Source: an uncultured delta proteobacterium (GTDB taxonomy: Bacteria > Desulfobacterota > RBG-13-43-22). Taken from it: 64,000 bases of DNA. A program made the translations under genes and the position numbers. Location: contig CAVQFQ010000017.1 of assembly GCA_963711835.1 (NCBI GenBank), forward strand, positions 480,001 to 544,000, given 5' to 3'. Numbering within the stretch: the first letter of the stretch is position 1; each line of letters opens with the position of its first letter. The notes below the pieces were generated by a model, which saw only the letters and a list, made by a program, of their open reading frames with translations, ran no database searches and was not told the origin of the DNA. Of this stretch, positions 10,608 to 19,719 are shown piece after piece.

Positions 10608-10680
10608 AACAACCCCCAATCAATCAATTTCTAGGTTTGGTCATGGTCTCTAAAGACAAACCCTATCAGAGGAGGGAATC

Positions 10681-11658
10681 GTGAGACTGCCCAAATTTAA
10701 TTATCTGGAGCCCGAAAGCATCGAGGAAGCAGCTTCTATGCTCCTGGATGACGAGGGGGCCAAGATACTCGCCGGAGGGACGGATCTTCTGGTCAACATG
10801 AAACATCGCCTTGAGGTCCCGGCGACCCTGGTCAACTTGAAGAAGATTAAGGGGCTGGATGCCATCCATCTGGATAACGGAAACTTGAGGATCGGAGCCC
10901 TGACGCCCCTGAAAAAAATAGTTCAGGATCCCTCCATTGTAGAAAAAATTCCGGTCCTGGCCCAGGCGGCCTCCTCAGTGGGCTCTTACCACCACCAGAC
11001 CATGGGGACTATCGGCGGCAATATCTGCCAGCAGAACCGATGCAAATATTATAATCAGTCTCAATGGTGGAGAAGCACCAATGTCCCATGCCTCAAGGTG
11101 GGTGGGGCCGTCTGCCACGTGGTCCAGAAGCAGGAGACCTGTTTTTCCAGCTACTGCGGGGACCTGGCCCCGGCCCTGTTAGCCCTGGAGGCCAGGGCCA
11201 TTTTCAGGAGCCGGATAGACTTCCGGGAAGTCCCGCTGGAAGAACTTTTTTCAGGAGACGGCCAGGCCCCCCTGGCAATAAAAAAGGGGGAGATCCTTTC
11301 AGAGATTGTCATTCCTAAGAGTTCTATGAACGGAGATTCAACCTATGTCAAGTTTGCCAACCGGGAAAGCATTGATTTTCCCATCGTCGGCATGGCTTTT
11401 CAGACCTCTCCGGAGAAGAGGGAATACCGGGTCGCCTTTACGGCCGTGGACCGGCGCCCCCTAAGAGGGCGCCAGGTTGAATCGCTCCTCAATGGCAAGG
11501 CTTTGACCCAGGAACTGATAGAAGAGGCTTCCGAACTGGCGACCCGAGAGGCCAAGCCGGTGAAAAATTCCATTTATTCACCGGCCTATAAAAGAAAGTT
11601 GATGGGTATCCTGCTTCAAAGCGTCATGAGCAAAAGGATAAGGGGGTTAAACGAATGA
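10681..11658 (+). CDS. hcrB: 4-hydroxybenzoyl-CoA reductase beta-like FAD/[4Fe-4S] subunit
   Basis: AGGTDLL and TIGGN FAD motifs plus Cys-rich insertion RCKYYNQSQWWR...C...C...C characteristic of HcrB. Confidence 0.75.
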   Translation: MRLPKFNYLEPESIEEAASMLLDDEGAKILAGGTDLLVNMKHRLEVPATLVNLKKIKGLDAIHLDNGNLRIGALTPLKKIVQDPSIVEKIPVLAQAASSVGSYHHQTMGTIGGNICQQNRCKYYNQSQWWRSTNVPCLKVGGAVCHVVQKQETCFSSYCGDLAPALLALEARAIFRSRIDFREVPLEELFSGDGQAPLAIKKGEILSEIVIPKSSMNGDSTYVKFANRESIDFPIVGMAFQTSPEKREYRVAFTAVDRRPLRGRQVESLLNGKALTQELIEEASELATREAKPVKNSIYSPAYKRKLMGILLQSVMSKRIRGLNE

Positions 11659-12131
11659 AACAAATTATTGAACTGTCCATCAATGGCGACCGGGTCGAAG
11701 TGCCGGCGTCGCCTAATAACACCCTTCTGGAGATTTTAAGGGACAAACTGGGACTGATGGGTACCAAGCGGGGCTGTGATCTCGGGGCCTGCGGGGCCTG
11801 CACGGTCCTGATCAACGGGGAGGCCTTTCTCTCCTGTATCATGCTGGCTATGGATGCGGTTGGAAAAGAGATTACGACCATAGAAGGATTGGGCGAGGGG
11901 GGAGCGCTTCATCCCCTGCAGCAGGCCTTTGTCGAAAAGGGCGGCATCCAGTGCGGCTTCTGCACCCCGGGCATGATCCTGACCGCCCAGGCGGTCTTGA
12001 ACGAAGATAAAAACCCCACCGAGGAGACCATTAAGAAAAAGATGGCCGGCAACCTCTGCCGCTGCACCGGATATAAAAAAGTCATTGAAGCGGTCCTGAG
12101 CGTCCCCGGCCAGGTCGGGAAGGAGGTCTAA
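11655..12131 (+). CDS. hcrC: Xanthine oxidase family 2x[2Fe-2S] subunit (HcrC-like)
   Basis: GCDLGACGACTV and QCGFCTPG...NLCRCTGY. Confidence 0.8.
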   Translation: MKQIIELSINGDRVEVPASPNNTLLEILRDKLGLMGTKRGCDLGACGACTVLINGEAFLSCIMLAMDAVGKEITTIEGLGEGGALHPLQQAFVEKGGIQCGFCTPGMILTAQAVLNEDKNPTEETIKKKMAGNLCRCTGYKKVIEAVLSVPGQVGKEV

Positions 12132-14417
12132 ATGGAAAAAGAATTTCAGGTCGTCGGACAGCGCCTGCCCATGCATGATGCGGCCGCCAAGGCCAAAGGA
12201 ACGGCCCTATTCACGGACGATATCGTTCTTCCGGGAATGCTTCATGGAAAGATTCTAAGGAGTCCCCTACCTCATGCCCGAATCCTGGCCATCGATATCT
12301 CCCGGGCCAAGAAACTTCCCGGTGTAAAAGGCGTGGTAACCGGCCAGGATATCCCGGATCGGCAATACGGCATTGTGCCCAAGGCCAGGGATGAATACGC
12401 CCTGGCCCGGGGGAAAGTCAGATATATCGGTGATGATGTAGCCGCTGTCTGCGCCATCGATCCGGAGATTGCCGAAGAGGCCCTCGAACTGATTAAAGTG
12501 GAATACGAAGAGCTTCCGGCCGTATTTGATCCCCTGGAGGCCATCAAAGAAGATGCCCCGGTAATACATGAGGGTGTTAAAAATAATACCTCCATTTATA
12601 TCCGGAAGGAATTCGGTGATGTGGAAAAGGCCTTTGCTGAAAGCGATTACGTCTTTGAAGACTCCTTCTATTCCCAGCCGGTCAATCATGCCCCCCTGGA
12701 ACCCCACGCGGCCCTTGCCCAGTATGATCCGCTACGAGGTGAATTCACCGTCTATTCCTCTACCCAGATACCCTTCTTCCTGCGACGGAATCTCTCGGCC
12801 ACACTCAAGGTTCCGGAATCCAGTGTTCGGGTCATCAAGCCCAAGGTGGGCGGCGGGTTCGGACAAAAAATAGACATGTTCGCCAAGGATTTCTGCGCCG
12901 CCTGGTTTGCTAGGGAGACGGGCCGGCCGGTCAAGTTTGTCTATGAGCGGGAAGAACTCTTCATCGCCACCCGGCAGCGGCATCCCATGACTATAACGGT
13001 TAAGACCGGCATGAAGAAAGACGGCACCATCATGGCCCAAAAATTCAAGGCCTATGCCGACGGCGGGGCCTATAACAGCACGGCCCCGACCATGATCGCC
13101 CTTTCCTGTTATTTTCTCATGATCCCCTACCGGGTGCCCAACCTGATTTACGAAGGGCATCATGTTTACACCAACAAACCGGTGGGCGGAGCCATGCGGG
13201 GCCACGGTATCCCCCAGGCCCGTTTTGCCGTGGAACGCCAGTTGGATATGATCGCCGATCGAATTGGTATTGATCCGGTTGATCTGCGGTTGAAAAACAG
13301 CATTCATGCCGGCGAGCCGCATCCGGCCAAATTTATCATCAACTCCTGCGGCTTTTCCGACTGCGTCGTCAAGGCGGCTGAGGCCATAGGCTGGAAGGAG
13401 AAAAGAGGAAAAATGCCCAGAGGAAGAGGCGTGGGAATCGCCGGGGCCTCTTTCCCCAGCGGGGTCAGCAACATGAGTCATATCAGCTCCGGGGCGGTGG
13501 TTCAATTGGGGCAGGACGGCGCCGTCAATGTCCTTTCCGGGGCCGCCGACATCGGTCAGGGCGCTGAAACGGTCATCTCTCAGATTGTTGCGGAGGTGCT
13601 GGGCGTGCCCATGGAGGATGTCAGGATCACCGCCGCCGACACAGGCATCACTCCCCTGGATCCGGGGACTTTCGGAAGCGGCGTGACCGTCAGGGCCGGC
13701 AATGCGGCCCGTTTGGCTGCCCTGGTGGTCAGGGAGAAGATCTTCAAATTCGTGGCCGACAAACTGGAAGCCAATAGCGACGATCTGGTGGCCCGGGATA
13801 GGACCATCTTTGTCAAAGGTTCTCCGGACCGGGGGATGTCCTTGAAGGAGGCCATCAAAGGGTATCAGTATGCGGACCTGCCCATGCCCATTATGGGAAG
13901 ATCGGCCTGGTTTCCACCGGCTACCGAACCAACCACCCTCTTCAAGGAAGACGGCAATTTCGCACCCAGCTATTCCTTTATGGCCCAGGCGGCTGAAGTG
14001 GATGTTAATCTGGAGACCGGTCAGGTGAAACTTCTGAAGATGGTCACGGCCCATGACTGCGGCCGGGCCATCAACCCCATGCTGGTTGAGGGCCAATTGG
14101 AAGGTTCGGTTGTGGGCGGTATGGGACAGGCCCTCTATGAGAACGTCATTGTTGAAAAAGGGCAGGTGATGAATCCTTCTTTTCTGGATTATGGTTTCCC
14201 CACCTTTCTTGAGATGCCCGAAATAGAGGCCATCGAGGTTGAAACCGACGACCCGGTGGGGCCCTTTGGGGCCAAGGAAGCCGGCGAAGGAACCCAGTTA
14301 TCCCCGGCCCCGGCCATTGTCAATGCCATCTATGATGCCATCGGCATTGATTTCAAGGAACTGCCCGTCACACCCGAAAGGGTCCTCCAGGCCTTGGAAG
14401 AGAAAAAGAAACCTTGA
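12132..14417 (+). CDS. hcrA: Molybdopterin-binding subunit, 4-hydroxybenzoyl-CoA reductase alpha-like
   Basis: VGGGFG, GAMRGHG, DIGQG and GAKEAGEG motifs; B-C-A gene order. Confidence 0.75.
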   Translation: MEKEFQVVGQRLPMHDAAAKAKGTALFTDDIVLPGMLHGKILRSPLPHARILAIDISRAKKLPGVKGVVTGQDIPDRQYGIVPKARDEYALARGKVRYIGDDVAAVCAIDPEIAEEALELIKVEYEELPAVFDPLEAIKEDAPVIHEGVKNNTSIYIRKEFGDVEKAFAESDYVFEDSFYSQPVNHAPLEPHAALAQYDPLRGEFTVYSSTQIPFFLRRNLSATLKVPESSVRVIKPKVGGGFGQKIDMFAKDFCAAWFARETGRPVKFVYEREELFIATRQRHPMTITVKTGMKKDGTIMAQKFKAYADGGAYNSTAPTMIALSCYFLMIPYRVPNLIYEGHHVYTNKPVGGAMRGHGIPQARFAVERQLDMIADRIGIDPVDLRLKNSIHAGEPHPAKFIINSCGFSDCVVKAAEAIGWKEKRGKMPRGRGVGIAGASFPSGVSNMSHISSGAVVQLGQDGAVNVLSGAADIGQGAETVISQIVAEVLGVPMEDVRITAADTGITPLDPGTFGSGVTVRAGNAARLAALVVREKIFKFVADKLEANSDDLVARDRTIFVKGSPDRGMSLKEAIKGYQYADLPMPIMGRSAWFPPATEPTTLFKEDGNFAPSYSFMAQAAEVDVNLETGQVKLLKMVTAHDCGRAINPMLVEGQLEGSVVGGMGQALYENVIVEKGQVMNPSFLDYGFPTFLEMPEIEAIEVETDDPVGPFGAKEAGEGTQLSPAPAIVNAIYDAIGIDFKELPVTPERVLQALEEKKKP
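14122..14410 (+). repeat. Direct repeat A (3' end of hcrA), second copy at 19203-19491
   Basis: 289-bp ungapped match with 12 mismatches by manual count. Confidence 0.95.
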
Positions 14418-14480
14418 CAGGAAACCGGCAATTCCTTAAAATAAAAGTAAGGCAAAATATTCCTTACTTAGAGGTGACGC

Positions 14481-14720
14481 ATGATCGTCGCAAAAATAAC
14501 GTCCAAAGGGCAGGTGACCATCCCCAAAAAGGTCAGGGAAAAACTTGGGGTTCAGCCCGGAGAAGGTCTGGGTTTTGAAGAAAAAGGAAACCTGATTCTT
14601 ATCAGGAAAGCGGTAACCAAATCTCCCTTTGACCGGTGGGTGGGTAAGCTGAAACATCTTAAGGGGCGACGAAGCGACGACCTGGTCAGGGATATTCGGG
14701 GTCATGATAACGGCCGTTGA
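14481..14720 (+). CDS. AbrB/MazE/SpoVT antitoxin (VapB-like)
   Basis: KITSKGQVTIPKKVREKLG AbrB motif; CCTTA...TAAGG inverted repeat upstream. Confidence 0.85.
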   Translation: MIVAKITSKGQVTIPKKVREKLGVQPGEGLGFEEKGNLILIRKAVTKSPFDRWVGKLKHLKGRRSDDLVRDIRGHDNGR

Positions 14721-15199
14721 CACCAACTATTATCCTCGATGTCCTTATTCCGGATGAACCTTTCCGACCGTCCTCCAAAAACCTTTTGGACCTGCATTTA
14801 TCAAAGGGCAAGCTCATCCTTTGCGAGATCGTCTTTGCCGAACTGGCAGCTCACTTCCCATCCGAACCTGAACTCAGACTGTTTCTGACCGAAACCGGGA
14901 TGCGGCTGGAATATTCAAACGAGAAGTCGCTCTATATTGCCGGCACCAGATGGGCCAACTATGCCAAAAAGGGAAACAAAGACCGGTTTATTTGCGGCCA
15001 ATGCAACCAGGTCTTTGCTGCAGCCTGCCCGAAATGCTCGACGGCCTTCACCAAAAGGCTTCATGTCTTGGGGGATTTCCTCATAGGGGCCCATGCTCTG
15101 GTAAAGGCCGACTGCCTGCTTTCCCGTGACCTCGGGATCTATAAGACCTACTTCAGGGATCTCAAGGTAGTCAACTCGAATAATCCATCGGCCGGTTAG
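14704..15199 (+). CDS. PIN-domain toxin (VapC-like) with Zn-ribbon insertion; +1 frameshift near 14728
   Basis: ATG 14704 gives MITAVDTN, continuing after one extra base as IILDVL...AEL...DFLIGAHA...LLSRD. Confidence 0.75.
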
Positions 15200-15258
15200 A
15201 GTGACAGCCTTATATTTTCAGCAGCAAATTCGATGCAAAGAAAATAGAGTTGATAAAC

Positions 15259-15303
15259 AGACCTGAACCTCGCTCCGCTTTTTCTTGTACTATAATTACC
15301 AGA
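15259..15303. repeat. Direct repeat B, identical copy at 19675-19719
   Basis: AGACCTGAACCTCGCTCCGCTTTTTCTTGTACTATAATTACCAGA (45 bp) occurs twice. Confidence 0.95.
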
Positions 15304-15468
15304 TAACTAAGAGCCAAGAGCAGACCCTTTCATCGCCCTGCAAAAAAAAGATAGTTTTTTGCAATGAAGATTTTTTTCTCTTGACATGGCCTTTTAATGG
15401 GTGACTCTTTCACTTCTGTGATATCTTCAAAATACCTTCTTGCCATGCTTGCCTGTCGTCTCCTCTAC

Positions 15469-15553
15469 GTCTAACACCGTATTCAGCCGCCGACCGACCA
15501 CCCATTAGGAGAAATACTCGCTACCCACGGTCGGCTGCAATAATTGGTTGGCA
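15469..15553 (-). other. Integron attC site 1
   Basis: Minus strand TGCCAAC...GTTAGAC ends, inner complementary arms with a bulged base, 3 bp after the toxin stop. Confidence 0.75.
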
Positions 15554-15556
15554 GGT

Positions 15557-15892
15557 TTACAGTTTCAAATCGATAAGTCTTCTCAGAAGAATATCCTCAA
15601 CGTTCTGCCGGGAATCCAGCACAGACAGAACGTATACCTTGTTCTCCGAAACTCTATATATGATCCGCCATGGTGGAATAATCATCTCACGATACTGCGT
15701 AACCCCGTGATCCAGCAATTCCGGAACAATACGGCCTCTATCAGGGAAAACTCGAAGCCTTGACGCTCTTTCCTTAATGCTTTTGAATACCTCGTTAGCT
15801 TGATGAGGGTTATCGTCGGCGATGTACTGAACGATCGTAATAAGATCGCTCTCTGAAGTGTCCGACCATCGCACGTCGTAGCGTTTCTTCAT
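15557..15892 (-). CDS. RelE/ParE family toxin
   Basis: DLITIVQYIADDN...FPDRGRIVPEL...WRIIYRV...VLDSRQN. Confidence 0.85.
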   Translation of the reverse strand: MKKRYDVRWSDTSESDLITIVQYIADDNPHQANEVFKSIKERASRLRVFPDRGRIVPELLDHGVTQYREMIIPPWRIIYRVSENKVYVLSVLDSRQNVEDILLRRLIDLKL

Positions 15893-16170
15893 TTCATCTT
15901 TTCTTTCAGAATTGTCTCAATGTTTGCAAATACTTCTTCCTGAGACTTTGTTTTTCCGCGTCTCACGTCTTCTTCGCCTTGGGAAAGGAGCTTCAAAATC
16001 CCTATGGCGTTCCTCATGTTTTCATAGCTCTTAGGGTCCTGGAGCACGGCCCGGGGTTCTCCATTTTGGGTAATGATCACAGGCCGATGCGTTTCATTTA
16101 TTTGTTTCAACAAATCGGGAGCCTTTGATTTTAGATAAGTAATTGGCTTGATATCTTTTGAAATATTCAT
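15889..16170 (-). CDS. Phd/YefM family antitoxin
   Basis: DIKPITYLK...PVIITQNGEPRAVL; overlaps the toxin start. Confidence 0.85.
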   Translation of the reverse strand: MNISKDIKPITYLKSKAPDLLKQINETHRPVIITQNGEPRAVLQDPKSYENMRNAIGILKLLSQGEEDVRRGKTKSQEEVFANIETILKEKMK

Positions 16171-16378
16171 GTCATCACCTCCAGTCTTTATATGGTACTA
16201 TAAAAAGACTGGTTGTCAATTCTTTTGGTGTTTCCTGCTCTCGCCAAATCGGGAAAACCGTCTTTTTTAGCCTCAAAAAACTCATTATAGGCCCATTTTA
16301 AAGGGTACAGATGATAATATTCCCTGCCAGATCAAGAAGTTGTCGAGGCCCGACCCCGTTAAGTAAGTCCTATTTATT

Positions 16379-17266
16379 TCAAACATTGGCTTTCACAGCA
16401 TGTTGAGAAATGGCGTCTACTATTTCTGCCCAAACCCCTTTTGGCATGTCATGCCCCATTCCATTAATTATAAATAATCTTGCCCCTGGTATCACCCGAG
16501 CTGTATTTTTTCCTCCTTCGACCGGTATCAGCGGATCATCAGCCCCATGAATTACAAGTGTTGGGACTTTAATAGTTGAAAGCGACGGTCTTCGATCGCC
16601 ATTGACAAGAATAGCTATGTTTTGACGAGCCATTCCCTGCGGGTAGTATGAACGATCATAGCTCTTCTCTATGAACGTACGAGCTCTCTTTTCCTCAAAT
16701 GGAAATCCTGGACTCCAAAGCCTCCGCCATATATTCATATTGTGTTCAATATATGCTTCGCGTTCCTCTGGTGCCGGCGCGATAACAGTAGCTATTGTTT
16801 CCGGTTCCCCCTGCGGAAGATCAGGATTTCCTGTGGTCGACATTATTGAAGTGAGACTCAGGACATGTTTTGGATGTCGATAGGAGATAACCTGGGCTAT
16901 CATACCGCCCATTGAAGCACCACAGATATGTGCCTTCTCAATGCCTAAAGCATTAAGTAAACCAACGGCGTCATCTGCCATATCATCGAGAGAATATGCT
17001 GATTCCACAGGCTTGCCTTCCATTAAAGCTTTGATTGCAGCCGGAAAGTCAGGAATTCCTGCTTCTTCAAATTTTGTCGAAAGACCTGCATCCCGGTTGT
17101 CAAACCGAATCACAAAGTAACCATTTTTTGCAAATAACTCGCAGAATTCGACTTCCCAAAAAATCATCTGAGCCCCATTACCTGCAACTAATAATAATGC
17201 CGGGGTAGAACTATCACCGAAAGTATCATATTCAATCTGGATTCCATTGGCCGTCACATTAGGCAT
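16379..17266 (-). CDS. Alpha/beta hydrolase
   Basis: RFDNRDAGLS, GASMGG nucleophile elbow, HGADDPL and GMGHD; AT-richer than core genes. Confidence 0.9.
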   Translation of the reverse strand: MPNVTANGIQIEYDTFGDSSTPALLLVAGNGAQMIFWEVEFCELFAKNGYFVIRFDNRDAGLSTKFEEAGIPDFPAAIKALMEGKPVESAYSLDDMADDAVGLLNALGIEKAHICGASMGGMIAQVISYRHPKHVLSLTSIMSTTGNPDLPQGEPETIATVIAPAPEEREAYIEHNMNIWRRLWSPGFPFEEKRARTFIEKSYDRSYYPQGMARQNIAILVNGDRRPSLSTIKVPTLVIHGADDPLIPVEGGKNTARVIPGARLFIINGMGHDMPKGVWAEIVDAISQHAVKANV

Positions 17267-17365
17267 TGCTGACTCCTTTTCCTGTTAATATCGTGAATTA
17301 CTATATTTATCTTGACCCACAACATGGGCGTCATTCGGAGCCGGCTTTTTCGGCGATCGAGGTTT

Positions 17366-17392
17366 GGGGCCAGGTCTTGAAATATCACTTTT
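17366..17392. repeat. Orphan copy of the RAYT terminal repeat
   Basis: GGGGCCAGGTCTTGAAATATCACTTTT versus GGGTCAGGTCTTGAAATATCACTTTT at 18264. Confidence 0.85.
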
Positions 17393-17454
17393 ATTGTTTC
17401 CTCTACCTCACTATCAATCGGGCGAGAAGTAGGGCTGAACCAAGGATAACCGGT

Positions 17455-17823
17455 TTATTCGATCCTGATCTTTGCGGCCCCTTTTTCCTTCTTCAGTAAG
17501 GTAGGGTCCTCTAATAATCTTCCCACCATGTTGACCTCGCTGGCCGGGACCGGATCGGAACCGGTGCTCATGGGGGTTGGACCGAAAAATATGGCCAGGG
17601 CTTTGCCCGGAGGCCAATACCCGATATCACCGGCCTTCACCCTCCGGGTGGCCGATTCATCCAGGGGCATATTGACCGGAATCTCAAAATAGAACTCATC
17701 GCCCCATTCATTAGGCCGGGTTTCGAGGGGGAGGCTGGCGAAAACGGCCTGGGCACAAGGAGAATCGAAGAGTTCGGCGTTTAGGGTTGTCTGTCCGATG
17801 AAAATTTTAATTGGGTTCGGCAT
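17455..17823 (-). CDS. Cyclophilin-like fold protein
   Basis: WGDEFYF and GDIGYWPPGKALAIFFGPTP. Confidence 0.8.
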   Translation of the reverse strand: MPNPIKIFIGQTTLNAELFDSPCAQAVFASLPLETRPNEWGDEFYFEIPVNMPLDESATRRVKAGDIGYWPPGKALAIFFGPTPMSTGSDPVPASEVNMVGRLLEDPTLLKKEKGAAKIRIE

Positions 17824-17870
17824 AGTTGAAAATAAAGAAATCGTGCCTCTCTATCTAAGGTCTATCTAAG

Positions 17871-17931
17871 GCCCAACATCGGGCGTCAGTGGCGCGGCAC
17901 CGCCGCGTTCGCCTGGATGCACTGGTTAGCC
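17871..17931 (-). other. Integron attC site 2
   Basis: Minus strand GGCTAAC...GTTGGGC, 61-bp imperfect palindrome. Confidence 0.75.
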
Positions 17932-18224
17932 ATTTGCTAAAAACCCTTTGTGAAACATGACAGTGCCTTTATAGGGCCAAGGCCATACCAATTAAGGCTG
18001 CCATCGGAAATTGCTATAGGCGAGAACGCTATATGGCCGACCACTTTTCCATTAACTTCTGCGACTAGCGAAATGGTCAGCGCATTGGCATCACGTAATG
18101 CATTTATTATGAATTGTTCCGTATGATTACTAATTGCAAGATTCTGGAAGGCTGCAATGGTAACTTTCGATATCGCTTCAATATCTGAAATTGTTTCATT
18201 CCTTATGATCATTTTAAACTCCAT
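17926..18224 (-). pseudogene. GNAT acetyltransferase cassette with internal deletion
   Basis: IIRNET...VVGHIAFSPI...WYGLGP is cut before motif A; the C-terminus GTVMFHKGFLANG* survives in another frame, with its TAA inside the attC GGCTAAC. Confidence 0.7.
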
Positions 18225-18263
18225 ATTCGGACAGGATATTTATTTGGTGGCTAATGGGTCATA

Positions 18264-19192
18264 GGGTCAGGTCTTGAAATATCACTTTTTATTTTTCTCT
18301 GCTTTTGCCATCACCTTACTGACAGTAGTATAATGAATTCCCAAATAGTCCGCAATTTCTTTCAGGGTATATCCTTGGCTCATATGAGCACGGCGGATGC
18401 TTATATTTCTTTGGTCTTTTGTTTTCTGTCCCCTAAAAATATTATCGAGGCTTGGCCTGCCTATATATCTCTGTGAGCGAGGAATTTCCTTTATCTGTTT
18501 TTTGTCTTCTAAAACATCCTTGAATTTTTCAACAAATTCCTCTTCTCCCAACAATACTTGATTCTGAAGCTCTTCCCATGAAGCACTCCCATGGATTCCC
18601 TCCTGTACAAACGACCGGTATCGCCTTTTGGCAATAGTTCTTCGAGAGTTGAAAAAACCCAGAATCCAGCCAGTGGTGAGGTACTCCGGCTCTTTGCCTA
18701 TTCCTGCCGTGGCCAGATAGCTGCTCCATCTCCAAGCCTCGATCTTTTTGACTATCCCGGCCCGCACAGGATTCAATACAACATATCGGCAGAGTTCAAG
18801 AAGATAGTTTTCTTTTTGGACTAAAATTGCCTTGAAACGTCCTTGAAAAATATGACCAGGTTTTTGGTGTCTTCTATTATAGCGTTGAGTATAGACACCG
18901 TTCAATTGGCGCATACCTGACGAAAGGTTGGCATCGGGTGTTTCGATCATAAGATGGTAGTGGTTATCCATGAGACAATAGGCATGACAGAGCCAGTTGT
19001 ATCGTTTGACAACGGAGCCTAAGATAGAAAGGAATATCTGCCGATCCTGATCATCTTCGAATATATCTTTACGCCCATTCCCTCGGGATGTGACATGATA
19101 GACTGCACCAGGATATTCAATTCGTAACGGTCTGGCCATAAGATAATCCTAATAAAAAATTACTTATATTCTGATATTTCAAGACCTGACCC
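18264..19192 (-). mobile_element. RAYT-like HUH Y1 element with 21-bp terminal inverted repeats
   Basis: GGGTCAGGTCTTGAAATATCA (18264-18284) and its exact reverse complement (19172-19192) bracket the gene. Confidence 0.8.
18282..19139 (-). CDS. REP-associated tyrosine transposase-like protein (IS200/Y1 HUH fold) with C-terminal HTH
   Basis: YHVTSRGN, AYCLMDNHYHL (HUH), RYVVLNPVRAG (catalytic Tyr), WSSY and TLKEIADYLGIHYTTVS. Confidence 0.9.
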   Translation of the reverse strand: MARPLRIEYPGAVYHVTSRGNGRKDIFEDDQDRQIFLSILGSVVKRYNWLCHAYCLMDNHYHLMIETPDANLSSGMRQLNGVYTQRYNRRHQKPGHIFQGRFKAILVQKENYLLELCRYVVLNPVRAGIVKKIEAWRWSSYLATAGIGKEPEYLTTGWILGFFNSRRTIAKRRYRSFVQEGIHGSASWEELQNQVLLGEEEFVEKFKDVLEDKKQIKEIPRSQRYIGRPSLDNIFRGQKTKDQRNISIRRAHMSQGYTLKEIADYLGIHYTTVSKVMAKAEKNKK

Positions 19193-19202
19193 CACTGACC
19201 CC

Positions 19203-19510
19203 TGGGACAGGCCCTCTATGAGAACGTCATTGTTGAAAAAGGGCAGGTGATGAACCCTTCTTTTCTGGATTATGGTTTCCCCACCTTTCTGGAGATGCCC
19301 GAAATAGAGGCCATCGAGGTTGAAACCGACGACCCGGTGGGGCCCTTCGGGGCCAAGGAAGCCGGCGAAGGAACCCAGTTATCCCCGGCCCCGGCGATTG
19401 TCAATGCCATCTACGATGCCATCGGCATTGATTTCAAGGAACTGCCCGTCACCCCGGAAAAGGTCCTTCAGTCTTTGGAGGAGAAAAAGAAGCAGTCCCA
19501 AGAAAGATAG
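19203..19510 (+). pseudogene. Orphan 3' fragment of an hcrA allele (repeat A, copy 2)
   Basis: Near-identical to hcrA codons GQALYE...EEKKK with a different tail (QSQER*); starts directly after the RAYT end. Confidence 0.9.
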
Positions 19511-19674
19511 CCTCCCCTTTTTCTTCTCGTGAGGTTATCGTGCCTCCAACCGTTTCTTTTATCGCCTCAAAGGTACGATGGTTTGAATTGTGGCGTTTTG
19601 GCACAGCACCCAATTGCCTAAAGAACCCCAAAATTTAATCAGGCATCTAAAAACAAGTTAGAGGTCAAGAAAAT

Positions 19675-19719
19675 AGACCTGAACCTCGCTCCGCTTTTTC
19701 TTGTACTATAATTACCAGA
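19675..19719. repeat. Direct repeat B, copy 2
   Basis: Identical to 15259-15303. Confidence 0.95.

Noticed and set aside
12732-14096. Long antisense ORFs (also 22803-24608 and 29051-30040)
   Set aside because: Shadow frames of GC-rich genes with no recognisable motifs.
14122-19491. Prophage or ICE with attL/attR
   Set aside because: No integrase, phage or conjugation genes lie between the repeats.
14122-19491. Diversity-generating retroelement TR/VR pair
   Set aside because: No reverse transcriptase, and the mismatches are mainly synonymous rather than adenine-specific.
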